A stretch of DNA of 64,000 nt, from positions 24,649-88,648 of the forward strand of contig JBKBLH010000023.1 of the NCBI GenBank assembly GCA_046296475.1, given 5' to 3'. The notes below the pieces were generated by a model, which saw only the letters and a program-made list of their open reading frames with translations, ran no database searches and had not been told where the DNA came from. Of this stretch, positions 27,182 through 36,386 are shown in pieces; the stretch's first letter is position 1, and every line of letters starts with the position of its first letter. Source of the DNA: Reyranella sp. GTDB lineage: Bacteria > Pseudomonadota > Alphaproteobacteria > Reyranellales > Reyranellaceae. The translations under genes and the position numbers were made by a program.

Positions 27182-27979
27182 ATGTCCCTGATCGAAATCG
27201 AACGGCGCGACACCGTCGCCATCATCCGCTTCAACAATCCGCCGAAAGGCTACATGAACGCCGCGATGGTGGGCGAGCTCGACGCCTCGGTCGACGGGCT
27301 GCTGGCGGACGATGCCGTGCGCGTCCTGGTCTTCACCGGCGCGCTGCAGGGTGTGTTCATCGAGCATTACGACGTGTCCGAACTGCTGGCGCTGTCGGAA
27401 AAGCTGCGCGCCAAGGGCGCCACCTTCTCGCTCGACCGGCCCTCGCCCGAGAGCGCCTATCACAGGATCCTCACCCGCCTCGAAGGCGCGCCCAAGCCGG
27501 TGATCGCCGCGATCAACGGCACGGCGATGGGCGGCGGCTTCGAGTTCTGCATGGCCTGCGACATCCGCCTGGCCGAGCGTGGGCCCTACTGGCTCGGCCA
27601 GCCCGAGATCAACATCGGCATCCTGGCCGGGGCCGGCGGCACGCAGCGCCTCGTGCGCCTGGTCGGCGAGGCGCGGGCCCTCGAACTGTCGCTGACGGGC
27701 CGCACCGTGTCGCCCGACGAGGCGGCGTCGCTCGGCATGGTCCATGATGCGGTCGACGGGCCGGTGCTGGATCACGCGATGACGATGGCGAAGCGTCTGG
27801 CCGCCCAGCCGCCGCGGGCCGTGGCTCACATCAAGCGGCTGGTCCGCTCGGCGACTGAAACGCCTCTGTCACAAGGCCTCGCCGACGAACGGACCCTGTT
27901 CATGGACCTCGCCGTGAGCGACGATGGCCACCGGTTGATGGGGGAATTCGTCGCGGGGAAGCGGACAATTCGCGACTGA
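27182..27979 (+). CDS. enoyl-CoA hydratase/isomerase (crotonase) family protein
   Basis: 265 aa (…VIAAINGTAMGGGFEFCMACDIRLA…PEINIGILAGAGGTQRL…). Confidence 0.88.
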   Translation: MSLIEIERRDTVAIIRFNNPPKGYMNAAMVGELDASVDGLLADDAVRVLVFTGALQGVFIEHYDVSELLALSEKLRAKGATFSLDRPSPESAYHRILTRLEGAPKPVIAAINGTAMGGGFEFCMACDIRLAERGPYWLGQPEINIGILAGAGGTQRLVRLVGEARALELSLTGRTVSPDEAASLGMVHDAVDGPVLDHAMTMAKRLAAQPPRAVAHIKRLVRSATETPLSQGLADERTLFMDLAVSDDGHRLMGEFVAGKRTIRD

Positions 27980-28053
27980 TTGACAGGCAAGCGAGGGCGC
28001 TTCCATATGCCGGGACCCCAGCGACCACGGGCAGGCGAGGACGGAACACAGCG

Positions 28054-28755
28054 ATGGCGAACAAGGTCTACAAGGATGCGAAGTCGGCGCTCGAGGGCCT
28101 GCTGCGCGACGATCTGATGCTGATGTGCGGCGGCTTCGGCCTGGTCGGCATTCCCGAGAGACTGATCGGCGCGGTGCGCGACTCCGGCGTGAAGGGTCTC
28201 ACCTGCGTCTCGAACAATGCCGGCATCGACGGCGCGGGCCTCGGCCTGCTGCTCGAGACCGGGCAGGTGAGGAAGATGATCAGCTCCTACGTGGGCGAGA
28301 ACAAGACCTTCGCCAAGCTCTACCTCGAGGGCAAGCTGGAGCTCGAGTTCAATCCGCAGGGCACGCTGGCCGAACGCTGCCGCGCCGGCGGCGCCGGCAT
28401 CCCGGCCTTCTACACCAAGACCGGCGTCGGCACCCTGGTGGCCGAGGGCAAGGAGACCAAGGTCTTCGACGGCGAGGAATACGTGATGGAGCGCGGCCTG
28501 TTCGGCGACATCGCGCTGGTCAAGGCGTGGAAGGGCGACACGTCGGGAAACCTGATCTATCGGAAGGCCGCGCGGAACTTCAATCCGATGATGGCCACCG
28601 CCGCCAAGGTCTGCGTCGCCGAGGTCGAGGAACTGGTGCCGGTCGGCGAGCTCGATCCCGACCACATCCACACGCCCGCCGTCTTCGTGCAGCGCATCTT
28701 CTGCGGTGCGCCCTACGACAAGCAGATCGAACAGCGCACAATCCGCAAGGCTTGA
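28054..28755 (+). CDS. scoA: 3-oxoacid CoA-transferase subunit A
   Basis: 233 aa (…[17 protein letters not shown]…[44 protein letters not shown]…). Confidence 0.9.
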   Translation: MANKVYKDAKSALEGLLRDDLMLMCGGFGLVGIPERLIGAVRDSGVKGLTCVSNNAGIDGAGLGLLLETGQVRKMISSYVGENKTFAKLYLEGKLELEFNPQGTLAERCRAGGAGIPAFYTKTGVGTLVAEGKETKVFDGEEYVMERGLFGDIALVKAWKGDTSGNLIYRKAARNFNPMMATAAKVCVAEVEELVPVGELDPDHIHTPAVFVQRIFCGAPYDKQIEQRTIRKA

Positions 28756-28765
28756 GGAGAGAACG

Positions 28766-29425
28766 ATGGCCTGGACCCGCGACCAGATGGCGGCACGCGC
28801 CGCCAAGGAACTGAAGGACGGCTTCTACGTGAACCTGGGCATCGGCATCCCGACGCTGGTGTCGAACTACGTTCCCGAGGATGTCGACATCACGCTGCAG
28901 AGCGAGAACGGCATGCTCGGCGTCGGCCCCTTCCCCTACGACAACGAGGTCGATGCCGACATCATCAATGCCGGCAAGCAGACCGTGACCGAAGTGAAGG
29001 GCACGTCCTACTTCAGCTCGGCCGACAGCTTCGCGATGATCCGCGGCGGCCATATCGACCTGTCGATCCTGGGCGCCATGGAAGTGGCGGAGAACGGCGA
29101 CCTCGCCAACTGGATGATCCCGGGCAAGATGGTGAAGGGCATGGGCGGCGCCATGGACCTGGTGGCCGGCGTGAAGCGCGTCATCGTCACCATGGAGCAT
29201 GTCTCCAAGGACGGCGCCTCGAAGCTGCTCCCCCAATGCACCCTGCCCCTGACCGGCCGCCGCGTCGTCGACATGGTGATCTCCGAACTGGGAGTCTTCG
29301 CCGTCGACAAGAAGGGCGATGGCGGCGTCACGCTGATGGAACTCGCCGACGGCGTCACCGTCGACGAGGTCAAGGCGAAGACCAAGGCGAAGCTCTCGAT
29401 CGCGCCGGGACTGAAGGTGGCTTAG
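28766..29425 (+). CDS. scoB: 3-oxoacid CoA-transferase subunit B
   Basis: 219 aa from ATG 28766, after GAGGAGAG (…[17 protein letters not shown]…[14 protein letters not shown]…). Confidence 0.9.
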   Translation: MAWTRDQMAARAAKELKDGFYVNLGIGIPTLVSNYVPEDVDITLQSENGMLGVGPFPYDNEVDADIINAGKQTVTEVKGTSYFSSADSFAMIRGGHIDLSILGAMEVAENGDLANWMIPGKMVKGMGGAMDLVAGVKRVIVTMEHVSKDGASKLLPQCTLPLTGRRVVDMVISELGVFAVDKKGDGGVTLMELADGVTVDEVKAKTKAKLSIAPGLKVA

Positions 29426-29428
29426 GTA

Positions 29429-30086
29429 TCATTGGAGCGCGCAACTCCAGTTGCGCTCATGAATCATGATGCGCCACTGGAGTTGCGCGTTCCCATGAGC
29501 CCGAAGGGCTGGCACTCCCGCGGATACCTGCCGCATTTTGCCTCGCCCGATACACTGCAGTTCGTGACGTTTCGGTTGGCCGATAGCCTCACGGCGGACG
29601 TGATCGAAGAACTCCTGACTGCAGCTGGATCAATCACCGCTGCCGAACGCGACGCCTTCCTGGATGCGGGATTGGGCGCATGCTGGCTCCGACGGCCAGA
29701 GATTGCAGAGATCGTCGAGACGGCCCTTCTGCATTTCGATGACGAACGCTATCGGCTGATTGCTTGGACGATCATGCCCAATCACGTCCATGTCCTTATC
29801 GAACTCCTCGGTCACCACTCGCTCGGATCGATCGTCAGCTCGTGGAAGCGGTTCTCGGCACGAGCGGCCAATCGCATGATCGGGAGGTCAGGACCGTTCT
29901 GGCAGGACGACTACTGGGACACGTACATCCGCGACGAGCGGCATTTCGAATCCACGGTTGGCTACATCGAGAACAATCCGGTCAAGGCGGGACTCGTTGG
30001 CGCTGCCGAGAATTGGCCTTGGAGTCATATCCGGCAGCGAGTGGCAGCGCAGAAATGAGCGCAACTGGAGTTGCGCGCTCCAATGA
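29429..30086 (+). mobile_element. RAYT unit: REP-associated tyrosine transposase gene bounded by a perfect 32-bp inverted repeat
   Basis: 29429-29460 is TCATTGGAGCGCGCAACTCCAGTTGCGCTCAT. Its exact reverse complement is at 30055-30086. An inverted third REP copy lies at 29469-29493 (21/25 identity by hand alignment). Confidence 0.8.
29495..30058 (+). CDS. REP-associated tyrosine transposase (IS200/IS605-like Y1 HUH transposase)
   Basis: 187 aa from ATG 29495 (MSPKGWHSRGYLPHF…). The HUH motif is MPNHVHVLIE and the C-terminal Tyr region is VGYIENNPVKAG. The track's TTG start at 29432 would translate REP DNA. Confidence 0.85.
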   Translation: MSPKGWHSRGYLPHFASPDTLQFVTFRLADSLTADVIEELLTAAGSITAAERDAFLDAGLGACWLRRPEIAEIVETALLHFDDERYRLIAWTIMPNHVHVLIELLGHHSLGSIVSSWKRFSARAANRMIGRSGPFWQDDYWDTYIRDERHFESTVGYIENNPVKAGLVGAAENWPWSHIRQRVAAQK

Positions 30087-30132
30087 GCTCGGGACGCTGG
30101 CGTCGACCGAGCTGGCGAAGGCTGGCTGAAAT

Positions 30133-30159
30133 GGAGCGCGCCACTGAATGGCGCGCTCC
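30133..30159. repeat. REP-like hairpin related to the RAYT flanks
   Basis: GGAGCGCGCCA-CTGAA-TGGCGCGCTCC forms a perfect 11-bp stem and shares the GGAGCGCGC core with the 32-bp repeat. Confidence 0.7.
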
Positions 30160-30183
30160 GATGGCTGCTTTCTTATCGGCGCG

Positions 30184-30870
30184 TTACCACTTCGACAGGA
30201 ACTGCCTGAGCGGGTCGGCGCCCGGGTTGGTGTAGCGGCGGTCGAGGACGACGCCCTTCGCCATGGCGCCGCCGCCATAGTAGAGCGCGTTCCAGTCGTT
30301 GTCGGCGTCGATGTAGGAGCCTTCGAGCGAGGCGCCCGCGAACAGGCCCTGCGAGTTGGCGAAGGCCACGATGTCGGCGCCGCCGGCTCCCGTCGTGGCG
30401 CCCTCGAGGCCGATGCCGACCGCGACCATGGTCACGCCCGCTTCCGCGCCGAACTTGAACTTGTGGTCGATGATCGCCTGCAGGCCCTTCTCGGTCCGGA
30501 TGATGAACACGATCTCGGAGACCTTGCCGCCGACCTGCAGGCCGACGCTGCCGGAGCCCATCAGGTAGAAGGCCGGGTAGCTCCAGTTGTTGGGCGAGGC
30601 CCGGCCCAGCAGGACGCCGCGGCCGCCGGCGGCGCCGAAGATGAACCCGCCCTGGACCAGTTCGGGAATGATCAGGACGCCGCGCGCATTGACCATCTGC
30701 CCGGCGGCGTCGGGAAAGTCGGGGCCGGCCAGGATCTTGCGGGCCGTGGCGAGGCAGGAATCGACCAGCGACTGGCGCTTGGCATCGGCGCGGGCCGGCT
30801 GGGACCCGAGGAACGGCGCGGCGAACGCGGCCGCAGTCCCCGAAAGGACGGTTCGGCGATCGAGCTTCAT
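30184..30870 (-). CDS. SYLF (DUF500/Ysc84-like) lipid-binding domain protein with Tat/Sec-type signal
   Basis: 228 aa from ATG 30870 (MKLDRRTVLSGTAAAFAAPFLGSQPARA…). The body matches SYLF family proteins (…GGFIFGAAGGRGVLL…SGSVGLQVGG…FGAEAGVTMVAVG…). Confidence 0.75.
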   Translation of the reverse strand: MKLDRRTVLSGTAAAFAAPFLGSQPARADAKRQSLVDSCLATARKILAGPDFPDAAGQMVNARGVLIIPELVQGGFIFGAAGGRGVLLGRASPNNWSYPAFYLMGSGSVGLQVGGKVSEIVFIIRTEKGLQAIIDHKFKFGAEAGVTMVAVGIGLEGATTGAGGADIVAFANSQGLFAGASLEGSYIDADNDWNALYYGGGAMAKGVVLDRRYTNPGADPLRQFLSKW

Positions 30871-30969
30871 TTTATGCTCCGTTTGGCTGGTGACCGACGC
30901 CGAGGGAGCGCCTGGATGGTCACGAGAGCCGCACCATACCACGTTTCGCCGCCGGATTGGCCTCGTCCC

Positions 30970-31539
30970 TCAGCGCGGCCGGGCCGGCCGGTCCTTCATC
31001 GTCAGCGGCAGGCCCGCGGCCATCAGGATCACCCGGTCGGCGCGCTCGGCAATCCGCATGTTCATGCGGCCCATCGCGTCCCGGAAGCTCCGCCCGAGCG
31101 GCGTCTCCGGCACGATTCCGAGGCCCACTTCGTTGCTCACGAAGACCACCGGCTGGTTGTGATCATCCAGTGACTGCACCAGCTCGTCGGTCGCCTGATC
31201 GACATCCTCGCCGGCATGCATGAGGTTCGAGAGCCAGAGCGTCAGGCAGTCGACCAGCATCGGCTGACCCTTGGCGGCCGCCTGTTCCAGCACCTCGGCG
31301 AGCTTCAGCGGCTCCTCGATCGTGGTCCATGCGACGCCGCGGCGGGCACGATGGGCCATGATCCGGGTCGCCATCTCGACGTCGCCGGCCTCGGCGGTCG
31401 CGACATAGATCGCCGGCCGCGGCGCGCCGCCGTGCAGGGTGCCCGTGACCAGCCGCTCGGCATGGGTGCTCTTGCCCGAGCGCGCGCCGCCCAGCACGAG
31501 CGTCACCGGCGGCAGCGGAAAGGTCGAGATGTGCTCCAT
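30970..31539 (-). CDS. cobU: bifunctional adenosylcobinamide kinase / adenosylcobinamide-phosphate guanylyltransferase
   Basis: 189 aa from ATG 31539 with P-loop LVLGGARSGKSTHAE and …VDCLTLWLSNL…VFVSNEVGLGIVP…. Its ATG overlaps the upstream stop (ATGA). Confidence 0.9.
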   Translation of the reverse strand: MEHISTFPLPPVTLVLGGARSGKSTHAERLVTGTLHGGAPRPAIYVATAEAGDVEMATRIMAHRARRGVAWTTIEEPLKLAEVLEQAAAKGQPMLVDCLTLWLSNLMHAGEDVDQATDELVQSLDDHNQPVVFVSNEVGLGIVPETPLGRSFRDAMGRMNMRIAERADRVILMAAGLPLTMKDRPARPR

Positions 31540-32393
31540 CAGCCGGACCGGGCGCTCACCAGCCAGCAGCCGCCGGGCAGCGACACGCCGTCCCGGGTGG
31601 CGTGAGGTTTCAGTAGCTCGACGATGGCAGCCTTTGCCTTCGCGACGGCAGCGGGATCGGCGTCGGCGAAAGCGCGGGCCAGCGGCCCGAAACGGCCGGC
31701 ACTGGTCACCACATCGGCCACGTCCCCACCCATCCACATCTGGACGTCGAGCGGCTCGATCGCGAGGCCGGTGAAACCCGCCCCTTTGAGAATCCGTTCG
31801 ACCCGCGCGGGATCGGCGAAGGCGAACTGGCCGGGATCCTCCGGGCCGGGTCGCGGCAGCGGCGGCAGGAACGGCGCGGCCGCCTTTACCGGCGCGAGGC
31901 TCCAGGGATTCTCCCGCGGCGCCCGCCAGCAGACGAAGGCGAGCCGGCCCGAGGGCTTGAGCGCACGACGCAGGTTCGTGAAGGCAGCGACCGGATCGGC
32001 GAAGAACATGACGCCGAAGCGCGAGAAGACCAGGTCGGCCGACGCCGCATCGAATGGATACGTCCCGGCATCGGCCACCACGAAGGTCGCGTTGGGAAGG
32101 CGACGCGTCAGGGCCGCATCGATCAGCGGCTGGGAGATATCGACGCCCAGGACGTGCCCCCCGGACCCGACCGATTGGGCCAGCGCCGCCGTCGTCCCGC
32201 CGGGACCGCAACCGACGTCGATCGCCGTCTCACCGGGCTGCGCATCCGCCAGCGCAAGCACACGGCGGCCGATCTCGACCAGCGAATGATCGAGACGCGC
32301 CTGCGCTTTCAACCAACCCTGCCCGCCGGCCCCGTTCCAGTGCGCGGCCTGTTCGGCCGCCAGCTCGGCGGTGCTCTTCGTGACTGCGCTCAC
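31539..32393 (-). CDS. class I SAM-dependent methyltransferase
   Basis: 284 aa from GTG 32393, the only start-type codon before the conserved core. SAM motif I is AIDVGCGPGGTTAAL, followed by DLVFSRFGVMFF. It overlaps both neighbours (GTGA upstream, ATGA downstream). Confidence 0.75.
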   Translation of the reverse strand: MSAVTKSTAELAAEQAAHWNGAGGQGWLKAQARLDHSLVEIGRRVLALADAQPGETAIDVGCGPGGTTAALAQSVGSGGHVLGVDISQPLIDAALTRRLPNATFVVADAGTYPFDAASADLVFSRFGVMFFADPVAAFTNLRRALKPSGRLAFVCWRAPRENPWSLAPVKAAAPFLPPLPRPGPEDPGQFAFADPARVERILKGAGFTGLAIEPLDVQMWMGGDVADVVTSAGRFGPLARAFADADPAAVAKAKAAIVELLKPHATRDGVSLPGGCWLVSARSG

Positions 32394-33061
32394 GCAGGCC
32401 CGCCGGCATGGGCCTTGACGATCTCGCGCGGCATGTAGTTCACGAACGCCACGCGCCAGGCATGCAGCGGGTCGGCCTGCTCGAAATGCTCGATCAGGGT
32501 GATCGAGACATTGTCGATCTCGAAGCGCACCGCCGCCTCGGGATGCAGGTCGAACGCATGCGCCAGCGCCGCGCGGATCGTGCCGCCATGCGCCGTCGCC
32601 ACGATGTCGCGACCTTTGTGCTCGGCGGTCAGCCGGTCGATGCTGCGCACCGTGCGCTCGCGCAGATCGACGAAGCTCTCGCCGCCCTCCGGCCGGAATT
32701 CCGGCGGTCCCAGCCAGAAGAGATGGTTGTTGGCGTGGTTCTCGGCGATCTCGACATAGGTGAGCCCCTGCCACGAGCCGAAATGCTGCTCGGCGAGGTC
32801 GGGATCGATGTTGAGCGTGTCCATCTCCGCCCCCGCCCGGGCGAGCTGCTCGGCCGTCTTGCGCGCCCGCAACAGGTTGGACGAATACCAGACCGCGCCC
32901 TTGGGCAGCAGCTTCGCCTGGTGACGGAACAGCGCGTCGTTGCTCACGTCGCAGTCCATGTCGGATTGCCCGTAGCAGCGGCGTTCCGGATTGGGCACCG
33001 GCGCATGCCGCACCCACCACCACCGCGTGACCGCTCCCGTGATCTTGGCGCCCGTCGCCAT
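32390..33061 (-). CDS. cobC: histidine phosphatase (phosphoglycerate-mutase-like) family protein, probable alpha-ribazole phosphatase by context
   Basis: 223 aa with the catalytic RHx motif (WWWVRHAP) and a second His region (ATAHGGTIRAAL). It lies between cobS and cobU. The symbol is context-based. Confidence 0.65.
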   Translation of the reverse strand: MATGAKITGAVTRWWWVRHAPVPNPERRCYGQSDMDCDVSNDALFRHQAKLLPKGAVWYSSNLLRARKTAEQLARAGAEMDTLNIDPDLAEQHFGSWQGLTYVEIAENHANNHLFWLGPPEFRPEGGESFVDLRERTVRSIDRLTAEHKGRDIVATAHGGTIRAALAHAFDLHPEAAVRFEIDNVSITLIEHFEQADPLHAWRVAFVNYMPREIVKAHAGGPA

Positions 33062-33096
33062 GCCGTTCCTCCGCTGTACCTTGCGCGGCCGCCTTC

Positions 33097-33912
33097 TTAG
33101 CTGCCGATGAACAGCGCCGCCACCACGAGGAACACGATCTCCGCCTTCTGCTGCACCGCGCCCAAGGTGTCGCCGGTGTAGCCGCCGAGCCGCTTGGCGA
33201 TCCAGTGCGAGGCGAACCAGGCCGAGGCAATCGCGGCGAGCGGCGCCAGGATCGCCACGAACAGGCCCTTGCCCAGCATCAGCAGGAAGGCGAGGCCCGC
33301 GCCGATGCCAATGGTGATCCAGACGTCGTTGTCGGTCGGCTTGCCCGCGGTCGCCCCCAGCCCGTCGGCGTGGACCGGCGAGAAGGCCAGCAGCGGATAG
33401 GCGAGCACGGCGCGTGACAAGGCGTGGGCCGAGATCAGCACCACGAGTCCGGTGGCGGCGCCGAACTGCGCCAGGCAGGCGACCTTGATCAGCACCGTGA
33501 GCGCCAGCGCCAGCACGCCGAAGGTGCCGTTGCGGCTGTCGCGCATGATCTCAAGCCGCCGCGCCGGCTCCAGCGCATGCGGGCCCAGCCCGTCGGCGGT
33601 ATCGGCCAGCCCGTCTTCGTGCAGGGCGCGCGTCAGGATCACCGCCGCGCCGACCGCCAGCACCGCCGCCAGCCAGCCCGGCCCGGCGATGCCGCGCACG
33701 ATGGCGAAGACCAGCCCGGAGGCCAGCCCAATCGCCGCGCCCACTGCGGGCAGGACCGGCAGGACGTCGGCCAGTTGCCAGCGCGGCACGCCGACATCGA
33801 GCTTCAGCCCGGTGAAGAAGGTCATCTGTTCCTTGAAGGCCTGCAGCCATTCGTCGAACGACGCCGGGCGACGGGCGATGCTGTCGAAGGAGGGCTCGTG
33901 GGGACTGGTCAT
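33097..33912 (-). CDS. cobS: adenosylcobinamide-GDP ribazoletransferase (cobalamin synthase)
   Basis: 271 aa from ATG 33912, polytopic membrane protein (…RALHEDGLADTADGLG…GGYTGDTLGAVQQ…). Confidence 0.88.
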   Translation of the reverse strand: MTSPHEPSFDSIARRPASFDEWLQAFKEQMTFFTGLKLDVGVPRWQLADVLPVLPAVGAAIGLASGLVFAIVRGIAGPGWLAAVLAVGAAVILTRALHEDGLADTADGLGPHALEPARRLEIMRDSRNGTFGVLALALTVLIKVACLAQFGAATGLVVLISAHALSRAVLAYPLLAFSPVHADGLGATAGKPTDNDVWITIGIGAGLAFLLMLGKGLFVAILAPLAAIASAWFASHWIAKRLGGYTGDTLGAVQQKAEIVFLVVAALFIGS

Positions 33913-33966
33913 GGTGCCCTGAATATAGGATGGTCCGGCCCCTTTCAGAATGCCCCCGGACGAACA

Positions 33967-34989
33967 ATGTCGGCTGCCTCCTTCGATGAAATGCGCCGGA
34001 TCCTGCGCGACCTGCCGGGACCCGATCTCACCGCCCAGACCGAGGTCGTCCGCCGCCAGGCCGAGCTGACCAAGCCGCCGGGCTCGCTCGGCCGGCTGGA
34101 GGAGATCGCGGAGTGGCTGGCCTGCTGGCAGGGCCGCGCCCAGCCGCGGGTCGAGCGGCCGCGCATCGCGGTGTTCGCCGGCACCCATGGCGTCGCCGCG
34201 CGCGGCGTCTCGGCCTATCCGCCCGAGGTCACGCAGCAGATGGTGAAGAACTTTCTGAACGGCGGCGCCGCCATCAACCAGCTGGCCGCCGCGATCGACG
34301 CCGACCTGCGCATCTACGAGCTCGACCTCGACCATCCGACCGCCGACTTCACGCAAGGCCCGGCGATGGACGAGACGCGCGCGGCCAATGCCATGGCCTA
34401 CGGCATGATGGCGGCCGAACCCGGCATCGACGTGATGTGCCTGGGCGAAATGGGCATCGCCAACACGACCGCCGCCGCCACGCTCTGCGCCGCCCTGTTC
34501 GGCGGCACGGGCGCCGACTGGGCGGGGCCCGGCACCGGCGTCTCGGGCAAGGCGCTCGCCCACAAGATCGCGGTGATCGACGAGGCGCTCGCCTTCCACA
34601 AGGAGGCGATCGCCCGCCGCGATCCGCTCGAACTGCTGGCCGCGGTCGGCGGCGAGGAGTTCGCGGCCCTGACCGGCGCCATCGTCGCCGCCCGCATGGG
34701 CCGAATCCCGGTGCTGCTCGACGGCTTCGCCTGCACCGCCGCCGCCGCCGTACTGCGCGCCGTCGACCGCCGCGCGCTCGACCATTGCCTGGTCGCCCAC
34801 CGCTCGGCCGAGCCCGGCCACACGCGCCTGCTCGCCGAGATCGGCGTGCGCCCTCTGTTCGACCTCGACATGCGCCTGGGCGAAGCCTCGGCCGCCGCGC
34901 TCGCCGTGCCGCTGCTCAAGGCCGCCGCCGCCTGCCACAACGGCATGGCGACCTTCGCCGAGGCCGGCGTATCCTCGAAGGATGCGTAG
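33967..34989 (+). CDS. cobT: nicotinate-nucleotide--dimethylbenzimidazole phosphoribosyltransferase
   Basis: 340 aa from ATG 33967 (…LTKPPGSLGRLEEIA…AVFAGTHGVAARGVSAYP…GEMGIANTTAA…LDMRLGEASAAALA…). It is divergent from cobS with a 54-nt gap. Confidence 0.92.
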   Translation: MSAASFDEMRRILRDLPGPDLTAQTEVVRRQAELTKPPGSLGRLEEIAEWLACWQGRAQPRVERPRIAVFAGTHGVAARGVSAYPPEVTQQMVKNFLNGGAAINQLAAAIDADLRIYELDLDHPTADFTQGPAMDETRAANAMAYGMMAAEPGIDVMCLGEMGIANTTAAATLCAALFGGTGADWAGPGTGVSGKALAHKIAVIDEALAFHKEAIARRDPLELLAAVGGEEFAALTGAIVAARMGRIPVLLDGFACTAAAAVLRAVDRRALDHCLVAHRSAEPGHTRLLAEIGVRPLFDLDMRLGEASAAALAVPLLKAAAACHNGMATFAEAGVSSKDA

Positions 34990-35449
34990 ACGCACCCTGC
35001 TCGCGGGTCTCCCGCTTCTCGCTCTCGCCCCTGAGGTCGCCTTCGCCCATCCGCCGCGCCAGCCCGACCCGGTGGAGGCGAAGCGCTTCATCCAGGAAGT
35101 CACCGACTTCCGCGCCAGGCTCGCGAAGGCCGTGCGCGCCAAAGACCTCGCCGCCCTACGCGCGCTCTATGCCGACGGTTTCACGCACACGACCGAGACC
35201 GGGAAACTCGACACGAAGGACACGCGCCTCGCCGCCGCGATGGCCGGCGAGCCAATGATCGAGACCGCTCCCGCCACCGACCTCAGTTTCCGAGTCTTCA
35301 CCGGCCCGACCGTGATCGTCACCGGCAAGAGCCCGCTTCTGAACGTGGCCGACCACAAGGCTCACGACGTCCGTTGGGTCGCTGTGTACGTGACGGCGAA
35401 GGACGGCTGGCAGCTCGCAGTGAGTCAGGCGACGCGGTTGCCAGCATAG
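34982..35449 (+). CDS. NTF2-fold (SnoaL/DUF4440-like) protein with signal peptide
   Basis: 155-aa ORF overlapping the cobT end by 8 nt. It has an N-terminal signal (MRRRTLLAGLPLLALAPEVAFA). The ending …RWVAVYVTAKDGWQLAVSQATRL is typical of DUF4440-type proteins. Confidence 0.6.
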   Translation: MRRRTLLAGLPLLALAPEVAFAHPPRQPDPVEAKRFIQEVTDFRARLAKAVRAKDLAALRALYADGFTHTTETGKLDTKDTRLAAAMAGEPMIETAPATDLSFRVFTGPTVIVTGKSPLLNVADHKAHDVRWVAVYVTAKDGWQLAVSQATRLPA

Positions 35450-35564
35450 TGTCTACTTGTACCTGAGACTGTAATCCGCTGACAGTTTCCCCGCTCGCAC
35501 CGGTGATCAGGCGGCTCCAGTCCGGTGTGGCGCAATCGATCAGGTCAATGCCGTCTCAGTTCAC

Positions 35565-36386
35565 CTAAACCGCCTTGTTGGCACTCAACTCGGCAGAAGG
35601 TGTATGCCCTTTTAGACTAAGATAAGTCCTACTAAGCGCATGCGATTCTTGCTCAACTGCCTTGTCATCAATCAGAGAATTGACTGCATCGATGAGAAGT
35701 ATGCCGACGAGAGCAATCAAGAACAGGGTGTCTTGCACTCGCTCTCGGTCGTGTAACTCAGGTCCCCACAAGAGCCCAGTAGGAGCGCCCTGCTCATCTC
35801 GTGCCCAATGTGAACTAACGGACATGACGGTAGGGTGGGCCGAGTCGTTCGATAGGCCACGATAAAAACCTTGATAGCTCGTGTCCATTCCGGCTCGTTT
35901 TGCAGCATCGCGGATGGACAATGCGCGCCCGGCACCCGCGATGTCTCTTGCCTCTTCTATGGCTGTGTTCAGCTTGGCGTAGTCTTCTTCGGGTGCAAGT
36001 GAGAGTTCTCTATGCGCTCGGGCTAGCTTATCGACACGGTGGATGTGATCGCGCATGAAGTCTTCAACAAATTCCTCTTCCTTGGCGGCAGCACCCAGAT
36101 AGAACAGCGTCTCGAATGCGCTGCGAACCAATGTACGCGATTCGAGGTCCATTCCTCGCTCGATCATCAAGATTGCACCTTGAACCGATTGCAATCCCCT
36201 TAAGAAGAGCACCCCGGCCAGCAGGTTTTGGCGTGTTTGCGGAAGGGAAGCAGTTGTTGGAAGCAGCTTCTGCCCTAGTGCGCTGACGTCATAGACTAGA
36301 CCAGCAACGTCCGGACAATCCCAACGTACGCGATCCTTCAGGCAGTCGAGATCAACACTCAAAAAGCCATCTCGATCGAGGCTCAT
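35565..36386 (-). CDS. hypothetical protein, possibly DUF5677-like; low-GC orphan
   Basis: 273-aa ORF with a GAGAGGG ribosome-binding region before ATG 36386. Hand-counted GC is 48/100 (35565-35664) and 53/100 (36001-36100), against 71/100 in the flank. The helical, all-alpha-looking sequence has …ESRTLVRSAFETLFYLGAAAK… and …YRGLSNDSAHPT…, which I recall as DUF5677-like. This is unverified. Confidence 0.6.
   Translation of the reverse strand: MSLDRDGFLSVDLDCLKDRVRWDCPDVAGLVYDVSALGQKLLPTTASLPQTRQNLLAGVLFLRGLQSVQGAILMIERGMDLESRTLVRSAFETLFYLGAAAKEEEFVEDFMRDHIHRVDKLARAHRELSLAPEEDYAKLNTAIEEARDIAGAGRALSIRDAAKRAGMDTSYQGFYRGLSNDSAHPTVMSVSSHWARDEQGAPTGLLWGPELHDRERVQDTLFLIALVGILLIDAVNSLIDDKAVEQESHALSRTYLSLKGHTPSAELSANKAV

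Noticed and set aside
27980-28053. TTGACA…CATATG as the scoAB promoter
   Set aside because: The -35 hexamer is perfect, but the candidate -10 is poor and the spacing (18 nt) is marginal. This is too weak to annotate without start-site data.
29432-29494. TTG-initiated N-terminal extension of the RAYT ORF (MERATPVALMNHDAPLELRVP)
   Set aside because: The extension is a translation of the REP doublet itself. RAYT-type N-termini begin near the GWHSRGYLPHF motif, so ATG 29495 was chosen.
33913-33966. Possible cobalamin riboswitch between the divergent cobS and cobT genes
   Set aside because: The gap is only 54 nt, far too short for a cobalamin riboswitch aptamer (well over 100 nt). I saw no B12-box-like sequence.
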